The notes below the pieces were generated by a model, which ran no database searches, had not been told where the DNA came from, and saw nothing but the letters and a program-made list of their open reading frames with translations. DNA of 64,000 bases from Lama glama (Eukaryota), in contig CM052820.1 in NCBI GenBank assembly GCA_028534125.1, forward strand, positions 15,004,001-15,068,000, given 5' to 3'. Below are positions 11,423 through 22,729 of the stretch, piece after piece (the stretch's first letter is position 1; the number at the start of each line of letters is the position of its first letter). A program made the translations under genes and the position numbers.

Positions 11423-11590
11423 CTGGCATGCCCCTAACGAGGACCTTCTCGGAAGGGTTGCTGAAAGGCCCTTGCCCAGCACGGTTGGCACAGGCCACAC
11501 GGAACCTCACAGTCATGCCGACTGGTAGGTGGGTCACATTGTAGTAACAGTCAGGGATGCCCGAGCTCACGGGGTGCCAGGAAGACTCCC
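11423..11590 (-). CDS. SPEG: SPEG exon 35
   Basis: [11 protein letters not shown]...VLVRGMP, 168 nt. Confidence 0.95.
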
Positions 11591-11720
11591 CTGTAGGCAG
11601 CATGGAGGAGGAGCTGAGGCCACAAGAAGAGTGGCCCAAGCTCCCAGTGCTGTGAGGTCTCCCCGGCTTCTCCACCCTCCACCTGCCTCTGCTCCCCCCA
11701 CCAGCCTGCTGGCCCCTCAC

Positions 11721-11843
11721 CATCCACCCGCCGCTCCAGCGTGTACGTGCATGGTGCCCTACTGTCTCCTGGCTTCCAGAGCACCAGTGCCGTGTCTTGG
11801 TAGGTCTGGGGCACCTCGGGAGGAGCTAGCTTTCCTGGGACAC
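11721..11843 (-). CDS. SPEG: SPEG exon 34 (FnIII)
   Basis: [13 protein letters not shown]...LERRVD, 123 nt. Confidence 0.95.
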
Positions 11844-11955
11844 CTGGCAAGAGATGCAAAGCCCTAGTGAAACCCTGGGCCCCAGCTCAGGGCCCATCAA
11901 GCCCTGCCCCACTGTTCCCCATCACTGCCCGCCTTGGTCCCTGCCCCAGGCTCAC

Positions 11956-12123
11956 GGGCCACAGAGATGGTACAGGAGCTGGTGATGCTGCCTAGGACAT
12001 TGGTGGCTGAGCACTCATAGAGCCCAGCATGCCGCTTGCTGGCCCGGGGGATGCTCAGCAGCTGCCGGCCGTCTTTGCAGGACACGATGATCACTGAGGG
12101 CTCTGACCGCAGGGACTGCTTGT
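11956..12123 (-). CDS. SPEG: SPEG exon 33 (Ig)
   Basis: [11 protein letters not shown]...SSCTISVA, 168 nt. Confidence 0.94.
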
Positions 12124-12269
12124 CTAGGAGCAAAGGAGGAACAGGAGGGGCTGCTGAGTGAGGGAGAACACACGTCCTCCAGGCCCCCTTGGTTGCTACT
12201 TCCCACTGAACATCCCCGGGCCTTGGGGCCAAACTTGTCTACCCATCTCTCNNNNNNNNNNNNNNNNNN

Positions 12270-12388
12270 NNNNNNNNNNNNNNNNNNNNNNNNNNNNNNN
12301 NNNNNNNNNNNNNNNNNNNNNNNNNNNNNNNNNNNNNNNNNNNNNNNNNNNNNNNNNNNNNNNNNNNNNNNNNNNNNNNNNNNAAAGT
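12270..12388 (-). CDS. SPEG: SPEG exon 32 (only the first 5 nt visible; remainder in gap, end estimated)
   Basis: Pyrimidine tract, cag|ACTTT giving D-F in the correct phase, then N gap 12252-12383. Confidence 0.65.
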
Positions 12389-15005
12389 CTGGAGGGAGAG
12401 CAAAGACAGCCATAGGTCTGCGGGATCCTGGCTCACTCCCCACTGAGGGAGGGGAGGATGTGTATGCGCGTGAGGGGAGAGCTGGTGCTGCCTGCAGGGG
12501 GCCGAGTGAAAGGCCATCTCTTCCCAGATGTGGGGATTTTGAGAATTTTCTTTGGGGTGAGCACTTTCGCCAGGCACTCACTGTGTGCAGAACTATCTTT
12601 TTCTTTCACTGATTATTGAAGATGCTTGGTGGCTACCTTGTATGTTTATAAATCACTTCGAGCAGGGCTTGGCACTAAGTAAGTGCTCTATAAGCATTTG
12701 TTAAATAAAATAAAAACAAATATTGAAAAACTACAATGGTTAAGCTCCTGCAATCCCCATTCCTTCTGGGGCACCATGGGGCAAGTGACAGGAGTGGGTG
12801 ACCTGAGCTGAGACGCTCGGGAATGAACATATGTTCAATCACAAGTGCAATCTCAAAAGATCTGAAGTCGAGGCAAACCTGGGGCAGACCCCCAACGTGT
12901 GTCAGCCTCTCCCACCCCTCTTCCCCACTGGGGGCCAGGGAGCTGGTCTCAGACCCTCTACATACTCCTTCACGTCAGCTAAGTAGTGAGAGTTTTTGAA
13001 GGGACAAGAGACAATATCTGCATGACCTTGGACCACGTCTGTAAACTGAGGAAAATAACACCAAGCTCACAGGGCTGTGGTGAGAATTCAAAGAGGCCCA
13101 CAAAGCACTTAGCAGGTGCCTAACATATAATAAGCGCTCAAAGATGTTAGCTTGTATTGTGATGATTATCTCGTTAGTATGCCCAGTAGAGAAGCTGGGC
13201 ACAAACCCCCAGAGAAAGAGGCGGTTTCAGCAAAGCTGGTTTCACAGCTGTCCGGTGAATGAGCCCACAGCAGGGCTGTGGATGGCCAACGTCTTTGTTC
13301 CAGGTCTTTGCTGGCCTGTGGCTCCTAAATGCCATGAAGATTTGCATTCCTGTCCCCTGAGAGTGTCTCTAGAAAAATCCCAGTCTGGTCCAGGGATAGT
13401 GGTGGTGGTGGTGGTGATGGTAGATTTTTTTTTTCACATGGGCAGAAAGAGCTGAGAGGCAGATACCTCTGAAGAACCAGGAGGGAGTGGGGTGGGAATG
13501 AGCTGGGCAGGATGATCAGGACAGCAGTGTGTCCCCTTTCTCACTTTACCCCAGTGTTCCCCAGGGAGGGGTCCCACACTGAGGCTCCAGCAACATAAAG
13601 TGAATATAGTTTCGTCAATGGCTGCCTTCAGACCAAGTGAGGGTACTGGGTAGGGGGAGAGAGAGGGAGCCGAGGAGGAGAGGTGAAAGGTGACCCTGGC
13701 CCAGCTCTGCCAGTCCCACCCCCACCCTCAGGGGGCCCTAGCTGGTAAAATGGACCTGGGACAGCCTTCTTCCTGCAAGGAGGGGGCGATAGGATGAAGT
13801 AAAGGGACACTGCCTCGGCAAGAAATCAGCTGCACAAGCAAAATGGAGCTGGAGGGGAGGCCCCAGGTGGGAAGGGATCAGCTGTCCCCAGGCCTCAGGG
13901 CTGGCTTTGCTCTCTCTCTTCCCACTCCTTCTCTACCCCTGCCCCCACCAGCTGGCCTCCCTCCCTTCTCTTCTCTCACTACACCCTCCACCACCAACTT
14001 CCTCAGGTGAGATGCCCCAGCTTCCCCTTCCCTGGTCAAGATGGGACACAGTCATCTCAAGCCCGGCTGAGGCATGTCTGGGGCAGTTCTGAGGAGTTTT
14101 ATCAGGAAACTGGAGGAGAACATTGGTAACCAATAAAGATTCTGCATGCAGGCCAGTTTGGTGGGCCTGCTTCTTTCTGCAGGCTTATCTGGAAACCGTG
14201 GCCTCCTGAAGCCTTTGCTTGTCATCCTTGAGTAACACCCCCCTTTCAGGTGGGGGACTGGGGTGACCCAGGTAGAGAATACCTCCCTCCCTGCAGCCCC
14301 AGCACATGTGGGCAGAGAAACAGACCAGGGTATATCCCAAGTGCTCCTCCCCCCAGCAAAGAGTCCTGAAGGCTGCTTATCTGTGCAAAGTGCCTTCTGT
14401 AGGGGCAGAGGGGACAGGAAGGGGCACTTGTGTGTTCAGGGCGACAGAGAAATGGAGGATTGGAAGCACAATCCAGATTGTGGGCCTCTAGGTGGGAGAG
14501 AAAGGGTATCTTTGGGAGCACGTTCATGCATACACACATCTGCAGGGGGCCTCGTCCTGACCTCCTTCAGAACTACACCCAGTGACAGAGACCTAGGGAG
14601 GAGACTAGCCAAAGAAAGGCATTAGCACAGTGTCCTGAAGCCACTGCTGGGATCTGGCTGCAGAGGGTCATACAGCCCAACACTCTGGCTGCTCCTCTAA
14701 CTACCAGCTCTGTGACTTGGGCAAGCATGGCTAAGCCTCTGTCCCCTCACCTGTAAAACAGGGAGATGGTAAGAATCATTCCTAAACAATGTGGGAAGAT
14801 TGAGTGAGGCAATGCTTGTGAAGTGCTTAATAGGACACTTGGCATTGCTAATTAATGGCAGCTGCTATTATTATTGTTATTGTTTCCCTGACTCCAAACC
14901 CCTTCCACTACTGCCAGGGCTCCCCAAGGTGGGCCATCTCCCCAACCAGCAATGACCATCCCCTGGGGCGGGAAGGGGCTTACTCACCCAGCAGGCCTCT
15001 ATTAC

Positions 15006-15137
15006 CTGACTCACTGCGCACATACTGGTGACCCAAATCCTCCTGGATGCTGGCAGAGAGGTTTGGCTGGGACAAACCCTTGTCCTTCCGAAGCCTAGAG
15101 AGGCCCCAACGCAGTCGGCTTCGTCTTTCCCCGGGAG
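15006..15137 (-). CDS. SPEG: SPEG exon 31
   Basis: [12 protein letters not shown]...QYVRSES, 132 nt. Confidence 0.94.
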
Positions 15138-15483
15138 CTGGGAAGACCCAGGCCCATGAGCACCTGCCAGCCAGTACCAGAAAGCTCCCGCCTCCCGGCA
15201 GCTCCACACTCCCCCTACCCCGCGCCCAGAGAACTAGAGAACTTGTAGCCCCCACCCTGGTCTGCTCCACCAGCCTCTGCCCTTCAGCCTCCCGCTGCTC
15301 CAGCCCTGCCAGTTCCATCCTCAGGGCCTCCAGAAAGCCTTCCGCCTCTTCGCGGTCGGTGTCCCCGGCCCTCTCCTCGTCCTAGGGCGTCTCTCCAGCC
15401 TACCTATCATCCCAGTCCCACACGCCATCCCCACCCCAGTTGTTCGCATATTCAGACTCCACTCTGTCCCGGCCCCTTCTCAC

Positions 15484-17455
15484 CTGAGGAGCCCGATGTA
15501 CCGCTGGCCTCGGAGCCCAGGGACTCCGCGGAAGGTGCGGTGGCGCCCGCCTGGGCGGCCAGCTGGTTGTGCGCGAGGCCAAGGCGCCTCAGACTCTCGC
15601 CCTCGGACGTGGCCCTGCGCAGCCGTCCGAATAGCGGCGTGCTGCGGCCCGACGCGCCCCCCGAGTCCTCGCTGCTGCCGCTGCGCTGCAACCGGCTCGA
15701 CAGTCGCTCCAGCGTGGAGCTGAGCCTCCTGCGCACCGCCAGCACCGGGGAGCCGCGCGCCGAGCTGCCGCCCTCCGAGCTCTCCCCGTCGGCGCCGCGG
15801 GCCTCCCAGGCGGGGTGGCGCTGGGCGGGCGGGGTCCGCCGCAGACGCTGGGACAGCGACAGCGAGAGGCGGCGGACGAGGCCCGGCTCCCCGACCGCCC
15901 TGAGGTCCTGCACAGAGCGGGAGCGCTCGGGCCGTCGCACCAGCTCCAGCGGCGTTCCCGCGGGGCTCGGCCGGTACATGCCGTCCTCCTCCTCCGCCCC
16001 GCGGAAGGGGCCGCGCTCCTCGGAGCGCGAGCGGCTCAGCAGCCGCAGCCCCCGAGACAGGGGCGACTCACGGCTGCGCTTGAACTTGGCCTCGAACACG
16101 GCTTCCGACTCCAGGTTCTCGATGCTGCTGCTGAGACTGCTCCCTGGCCTGCGGGGCACCGTGGGGACACGGGCTTTCTCGGCTGGCACTGCGGGAGCCC
16201 CAGCTGAAGGCACACGCTTCTTGGAGGCTCCCGGAGGTGGGGAGGCCACCCTGGCGAACACAGCCGGGTGGGGCTTAGGCTCCGATGGAGGTGCGACAGG
16301 GCCCTGCGGGGGCCCTTGCGCGTGGCCCGACAGCTGGAGCGACTGCATGATCTGGGCATAAGGTGTGAGGGGGGGCACTGGGGTTTGTAGAGCTATGGGG
16401 GGCTGTGTAGGTTTGGGGGCTGGGACTGGTGCTGACATGGATTCTGGGGCCTTCTCTCGGGCAGGCTGGGGTGCTGAGGGCTGGGCATCACTGGGTGTGG
16501 TGGCAGGAGGCTCTGAAGACTTGGGGGCACTGGGTTTGGGGGCGCTGGGCCGCACAGGGCTAGGTGGCTGGGCCTCACTGAGGGCAGACAAGGAGGGAGA
16601 CTCCTGCAGCCTGCGGGCCCCAAGCCTGGCCACGGGGATCTCAAGGGGCGCCCCAGCTCGGCGATGCCGGCCCCGGGGCTCCGCCTCACCCTGCGAGAAG
16701 CTGCTGCTTTTCTGCAGGCCTCGTGTCTCAGGTGGATGCTGGTGGCGGGGTGCCGCCTCGCTAGAGGCTGCCCGCGCCAGCCGGGGATCCCGGGCACGGC
16801 CCCCAAGGCTCTCCAGCAGGGGGCCTCTGAGGCCGCTAACCTTACCATCCTCAGGGCCGCCCCGCAGCAACCGCTGGCGCAAGGCCTGCAGCCTCTGGGC
16901 ATACTCGCCCTCGCTCAGGCCTCCTCGGGTCAGGCGGGTGGCCCCCGGGCTGGGGCTTCGGCGCTGCGGCAGCTCAACAGACGCTGCCTTGTGCAGGCCC
17001 CGGCCCGGCTCCCTCGACCCGGCCCGGGGCAGGGCGCTCTCAGCTGAGCTGCCCCTCCGGAGCTCTCCCCGCCGGGGGCTGGGCCCAGACGGGGGCTCCT
17101 GGCCTGAGGAGGGGAGGGCCTGAGGGCTGGGGGTCTCCTGATCCTGAGACGGGGCCTTTCCTTGCTCCTGCCAGTCCATGGGGGTGGCAGCTCCAGCCTC
17201 TGGGGTCCCCAGGGCCTCATCCTCAGTGGGAATGTCAGTGAGGGACACCCGGGAACCCGAGAACTCAGGCTGCAGTGGCCGGGGCACTGAGGGCAGCTCC
17301 TCCAGCTCTTCCTCTTCAGAATCGGAGGAGGATGACAGCCCTCCACTGGGGGGTGGTCTTCTGGGCACAGCCACCCACACCCGCTCTGGGGGTGCCCGCA
17401 GCAGTTCAGGAATGGGGCGCAGCACCAGGTGGCACTTGTAGCTGATCTGGGAGCG
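15484..17455 (-). CDS. SPEG: SPEG exon 30 (1972-nt inter-kinase low-complexity region)
   Basis: [14 protein letters not shown]...SGTSGSS; matches ORF 15452..17512. Confidence 0.96.
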
Positions 17456-17714
17456 CTGGAGACAGGGTACTAGAGTCAGACCTGAGGGACCCCTGGAGCC
17501 GAACTGACCCACTCAGGCCCACCTCAGCCCCAGGGGAGATAGCCCGAGGCAGGCAGAGTCAGGGGACAGGAGGGACGTGGGAGTTGAGAGAGTAAAAAGT
17601 GCATGAAGATGGATGAGCAGGAGTGAGGGCACCTGATAGAAAAAGCAGTGTTAGAGAGAGAAGGCTGCAGGGGGAGAAGATGAAGGCACAGAGGCAGGGC
17701 CCTGCCAAACTCAC

Positions 17715-17783
17715 CTGCCACCTCCGCCGGGAGAGGAATAGCTTTAGGTGATCCGTGCTCACCTCTGCGCCCTTTGCCTGTGT
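17715..17783 (-). CDS. SPEG: SPEG exon 29
   Basis: [23 protein letters not shown], 69 nt. Confidence 0.95.
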
Positions 17784-18819
17784 CTGCAAACCAGGAAAGA
17801 GTGCCTGAGGGAAAGTCCTCTGTCCACCCTAACCCTCCAAGTTTGGCAATGGAGAGACAATGCCCACGAGAGGGGACAGTAGACCAAGCAGCATTGAGTC
17901 TGCGTTCCTGGGGCTCCCTTTCCCCTCGGATCTGTCATAGCAACTCCCACGATCAAGGTACCCATGTATGGACAAATGCCCTGAACCTAAGTGGAGAAAT
18001 AGGAAACCAGTGGCTCCAGGGGTGGGCTCTAGAGCTTATACCAGAGCTCAAGGCCCTGTCCTGGTCTACTGGCTGCCCTGGGAGACCCCTGGCTTGAACC
18101 CTGCTCCCCAAGTCACCATTTGTCTCCATCTAGAGCCAGCATCCCAGACATATGGAGTCTGGTGGGCCAGCCTTTGGAGGTGCTGCTCAGCGCCCACCCA
18201 GGTTACTCTTTTCAGAACTTATTTCTGAGCTGAGAGATCAGGCTCCTCCTCCAGGGACAGATACCAGAATGACCTCAGCCTTCTGTTGACCCAGCACCAT
18301 GCTCATTGGATGATTTATTCAGTTACTCTTTCTGGCTCATTTGCTGAACCCCTCCCTCTGCCTGGCACTGTGCCCTGTGGTGCTGGGGTTTGAAGATGAA
18401 TAAGTGAGAGCTCTGCCCACACAGAGCTCAAAACCAAGAGGACAAGCCAGCCAGGCCACCCACCAACCACAGTATGTGGGACCAGGGCAGGATGGAGGAA
18501 GGCCACAGGAGTGCGGAGGACTGGGGCTGGTCTCAAGAGACAGGGAGAACCCTGATGAGGATCCCTAGGATGGGGAGGTCCAGACCTGTGCCTTGGAGTC
18601 CATGATACCCCAAGCTGAGCCTCAGTTTCCTTATCAGCAAAATGGAAGTAATAATACCTTCCTTTACAGAGCCATTGTGAGACTAACAGATCATATGTAA
18701 ATAAAATGCATTATCATGGTTACTGTACACAGTAGGGACTCAATAATTGGAGCTGTTGATAAAGTTCTCTCTCCTTCCACCTCTTCTACCACCACATTGT
18801 GAGACAAGACTCACTTTAA

Positions 18820-18905
18820 TCTTTTTTTTAATGGAGGTACTGGGGATTGAACCCAGACCTTGTGCATGTTAAGCAGGTGCTCTACCACTGAGCTATTACC
18901 CTCCG
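18820..18905 (-). mobile_element. tRNA-derived SINE (Vic-1-like) with 15-bp TSD
   Basis: A box TAGCTCAGTGG, B box GGTTCAATCCC, A-tail; TSD CAAGACTCACTTTAA at 18805-18819 and 18906-18920. Confidence 0.9.
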
Positions 18906-18915
18906 CAAGACTCAC

Positions 18916-18958
18916 TTTAAACCACGGATGTTCTAGGGTCTCCTCTGCGGTAGGTCTC
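18916..18958 (-). CDS. SPEG: SPEG exon 28 (end of kinase 1)
   Basis: LRPTAEETLEHPWFK, 43 nt; donor AAA|gtgagt. Confidence 0.94.
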
Positions 18959-18989
18959 CTGTAAAGGAATGAGGATTAAGAAGGGATTT

Positions 18990-19021
18990 TTCATTCATTC
19001 ATTCATTCATTCATTCATTCA
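18990..19021. repeat. (TTCA)n microsatellite, intron 27
   Basis: Directly visible. Confidence 0.9.
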
Positions 19022-19154
19022 ATAAATGTTTGGGAAAACAGGGCCTCTAAGGAGTTGGGCGGTTAACTCCCTATGGACAGAGGCTTGGGCAGGATTTGAG
19101 GGGTGGCATGAGGGGACCCTGCAAGGGGGAGGTTCCTTGGGGCCTCGTACTCAC

Positions 19155-19307
19155 AGGCGGTCCTGTACCAGCACTTTGATGAGGAAGCCTCGGGCCTCCC
19201 TGCTCAGGCTCAGGAATGTGGTCTCCTCGAAGGCCACGTTGTAGTTTCGGATGTTCATCAGCGTCGTCCGATCGTTTTCCCCAACAAATGGGGAGATTCC
19301 CGTCAGA
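19155..19307 (-). CDS. SPEG: SPEG exon 27
   Basis: [14 protein letters not shown]...KVLVQDR, 153 nt. Confidence 0.95.
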
Positions 19308-19988
19308 CTGTAGGGGTGGAGAGGGCTGGGTGAGAGGGGGCAGGGTCCTGGGGCTGGGGCAGAGACAAAGGTGGATGCCAGGGGAGCATAGGGCCAGGGA
19401 CAGATGGAGGCACCAGAGCTGTGGGGCAGGCAGAGGCGGGGTGAACCTGGGCAGAATCTTGCAGATTCTTGCCTGCCCTGCCCCTATCCAAACCCAGGAA
19501 TGGGCGGGGAGGCAGTAATGCCTTGAATCCTGGGCAACCAGGTCCTTCTCCTAAGCCCATACTCTAGAGGACCTGTTCCATCCCTCCTCCAGCCATGCCC
19601 TTTCCCTGAGGTGAGGAGTCTGTGCCAATGGGATATGCCCCAGGAGCCAGGGCCTCCCCCTCCTAGTCTGTGTTCTGGACTAGTTCCCTGCCTAAATGGC
19701 ACTGAGCCTGCACTGGCCTCTCCCTGTCCTGCCTCCCAAGCACGCTGCCAGTGTGCCCGCTCTTATGGAGGGGCGTGGTGGTGGACAGAGCTTGGACACA
19801 CAGTCTGGATGTCCACATTCATGCACATGAGGCCCCTTCCAGTGCAGGAAGGAGCCACAGTATGGAGGAGAAAGGGGTGGGCTGCAGGCCCCCAGCTGCT
19901 CTCTTGCCCCAGGTTCTGCAAATGTTAGCAGTGGACCTGCTTGGAGACTGTTAGAAGACAGGGGTCCTGAGTGCAGAGGGGTCCTTAC

Positions 19989-20015
19989 CAGAGGAAGGCA
20001 ACAACACCCACGGGC
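19989..20015 (-). CDS. SPEG: SPEG exon 26 (27-nt microexon)
   Basis: cag|(W)PVGVVAFL(C)|gtaag. Confidence 0.92.
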
Positions 20016-20562
20016 CTGGTAGAAAAGAAAGGAGAGTAGATGGGTAAGAGGACAGCCCACCTCCCATCGGAAGTGAGCAGTTCTCTTGCTACTGCTGATC
20101 TACTAAGGAAGCATCCTCCTTGTGAACACTGCCATGCACAAATGGGCACAGGGATGCCTCCTTTGGGGAGGATCCTGAACCCAGAGGTCCCAACATGCCT
20201 GGAGGACTCAAGGGTCATGGCAGGGCCAGCCTAGGGAGCCCAGAGGAGTCTAGGGACCAAAAGGCCATGTCTGCCTCACTGGGGGAGGCAAGGTGGCTTC
20301 AGGCAGGGAGGCCTAGCACCTGGGGGTGGGGGGGAAGAGGAGCCAAGGACTATCAGGGCTGAGGCCTTGAGTGATCGGGTCAGCCCTGACAGATGAGGGG
20401 CAGGTAGTAACAAGGGCAGGAGGCCCCCGTGAGCAATGCCACCAGCCAACTGTCTGAGAAGGAATCAGAGTAAAGCTGTTCTCTGCCACCAAACGAGTCC
20501 TCAGCATGGCACTGAGGGAAGCTGCTCTGGCCCACCCCAGCAGTCCCAGATGTCCATAATAC

Positions 20563-20741
20563 CAGATGTCAGTGACTCCGGATACAGGGGTCTGGTTGAC
20601 AATCTCAGGTGCCACAAATTCAGGTGTGCCGTACTGGCAGTACTGCGGCTCTCCTGGAATCAGCTCCTGAGCATTCCCGAAGTCACAGATCCTCACCTGC
20701 TCTTCACCCTCAACACCATCCCATACCAGCAGGTTCTCAGG
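20563..20741 (-). CDS. SPEG: SPEG exon 25 (DFG, APE)
   Basis: PENLLVWD...CDFGNA...FVAPE...TDI, 179 nt. Confidence 0.96.
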
Positions 20742-20848
20742 CTGTGGGGCACAAGGCAAGACGTGGGGACTGAGTGAAGAGGGGAGGACACCCCGCTGCC
20801 TGGCTCCCACAGGTTCTGCCTGCTCCCCACTTCCCACCTGCATCTCAC

Positions 20849-20926
20849 CTTGACATCGAGGTGCAGCACATGGTTCTCGTGCAAGTAACATATTCCGTCT
20901 AGCACCTGCCGCATGTAGGCCCGGAT
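20849..20926 (-). CDS. SPEG: SPEG exon 24 (catalytic loop HLDVK)
   Basis: [26 protein letters not shown], 78 nt. Confidence 0.96.
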
Positions 20927-21070
20927 CTGTGGAAACAGGAGGCCCAGAATCGGGGGGTATTATGTTTGATCACCAGCAGGATTATGGTAAAAAGTCAGGC
21001 CATGCCTGGGAAGTGGCCTTCAGGTGGCTGGTGGAGCGGGCTGAAACATAGGTTTGGGGTTGCTGAGATT

Positions 21071-21190
21071 CAGGGCTTCCACGTACAGCTGCACAGGTTG
21101 CGTGCAGCAGAATTATAAGAGGGAGTCATTTACATGATAATCAGTAGAATTGTGCAGTACACAACTTGTGCAGCCCTACAAGGCAGGACA
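21071..21190. mobile_element. MER53-like palindromic MITE remnant
   Basis: CAGGGC...CTGCACAGGTTG...CACAACTTGTGCAGCC imperfect palindrome. Confidence 0.55.
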
Positions 21191-21510
21191 GCACTGAGAC
21201 TGAACAGAGTCTAGGTGGAGCTCCTTCTGGAGAAATGTGTGAGGAATACTTACGTAAGGAAGATTGGGAAACAACAGAGTTAGAGGCCAGGGTAGGTCTG
21301 CTGAGATTTACCGAGTACAAGTCCCAGGGTGCGGGTCTGCTCTGATGGGGGAAGGGGACTCTGCCGCCTGCCTAACAGTACTCCTCTCCACCACAACCCC
21401 CGCCTATTTGTGGGCACAGACGGCATGCCCAGGAGGCACCCCTTGGGTCTCGGAGCTCAGGTGGGTGAATGCTGGTGCGCAATCAGGCCCCTGCCACCCA
21501 CTGCCCTCAC

Positions 21511-21568
21511 CTCAGACTCACACACGGTGGCTTTCCTGGCCATTCGCTCGAGCAGCTCCTCCGTGCAG
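21511..21568 (-). CDS. SPEG: SPEG exon 23
   Basis: LCTEELLERMARKATVCESE, 58 nt. Confidence 0.93.
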
Positions 21569-22331
21569 CTATGTCCCAGATCAAGGAGAACAGTGACCAG
21601 TGCCAACAGCTGGGCCCGCCTTAGGCAGCACCCTCTACCCACAGAGCTCAGGTTGGGTCCTAGCTCAGCACAGGCTTCTCCTTCCCCTTAAAGCACATCT
21701 GATACCAGTTAGCAACTGCATCTTCCTTCTTCCCCCTGACATCTGGGACAGCCCTGCTTGGACTCTCACTTGCTGTGGGATCTCAGGCAAGTCATATAAC
21801 CTCTCTGAATCTAGGTTCCCTGTGGTGTCAAATAGGGATAACACTCCTCTCGCCCACCCTGTGAAGTATCTAGAAGGATCAAGGTGGAGCAGTGTTTTGT
21901 TGACTGTTTATAGAACTTCTTGCCCCTATTTGAGAATGACCCAGAAGGTCTATGACACATAATAATTTGTCATTTTGCTGAGGTTTGGGTCCTAACAGTG
22001 CAGACTGGGAGGCTGGTATATATAGGACATGGTCACCCTGCTAGGGGCAGTGACAAAGCCAACCACCCAGCCTCCTTACCTCGATATTTTTGAAACTCCT
22101 AGAACACTGCCAGGCACACATTAAGTGCTATGTAAATTTAAGATAAAAAAATGTTGGTTTTCACACATATGCCTCCAGGCTCCACTCTAAAGAATTTATA
22201 AGACATCTTCAGAACTCCCAATTGTCAATGGGACCACTTTGTAAAGTGTAAGTCATGTTGCTAATTGGCTGTTACAATGATCAGTCATTCAGGCCGTGTG
22301 TCCCCCACCCGCCCAGCCTGCCCTAGGATAC
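21569..22331 (-). other. U12-type (minor spliceosome) GT-AG intron 22
   Basis: 5' site GTATCCTA; branch TTCTCCTTGAT (21590-21580) with A 13 nt from the 3' site; no polypyrimidine tract. Confidence 0.85.
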
Positions 22332-22532
22332 AGCTCAGTGACAATGACCAGTCCCCGGCGCCTCTCGAAGGCCTCGTGGAAGTAGAGGACGCAGTCATGC
22401 TGGAGTCGGGCCAGCAGCCGGGCCTCCCGCCACGCTGATGCCTTTGGCTTGGCCTGACTGGGGATGAACTTGGCTGCAAACTCCAGGCCAGAGCTACGCT
22501 CCACCACACGCCGCAGGTAGGAGAAAGCACCC
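22332..22532 (-). CDS. SPEG: SPEG exon 22 (kinase 1 N-lobe, AAK lysine)
   Basis: RGAFSYLRR...FAAKFIP...LVIVTE, 201 nt; donor GTATCCTA. Confidence 0.95.
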
Positions 22533-22632
22533 CTGGGTGAGGACACAGGGAGAGGATGGGGATCAGACACTGCTGAGACTTAGATGCAGCCTCTCTCAGC
22601 CCCCGGACACAGCACCTGCCCCAGCCCCACAC

Positions 22633-22729
22633 CTGCCAATCTCCTGGTGGATGTCATAGAAGTCGCTGAGCCTCCTTCCTCGCTGCTCCTCGTCTTCCCC
22701 GACCCCCTCCACCTCCATAGCTGTCTGAG
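22633..22729 (-). CDS. SPEG: SPEG exon 21 (start of kinase 1)
   Basis: AQTAMEVEG...[10 protein letters not shown], 97 nt. Confidence 0.95.

Noticed and set aside
15496-17441. Long plus-strand ORFs (273, 252 aa and others) antisense to exon 30
   Set aside because: Expected shadow ORFs of a GC-rich coding exon; no recognisable domain or independent gene structure.
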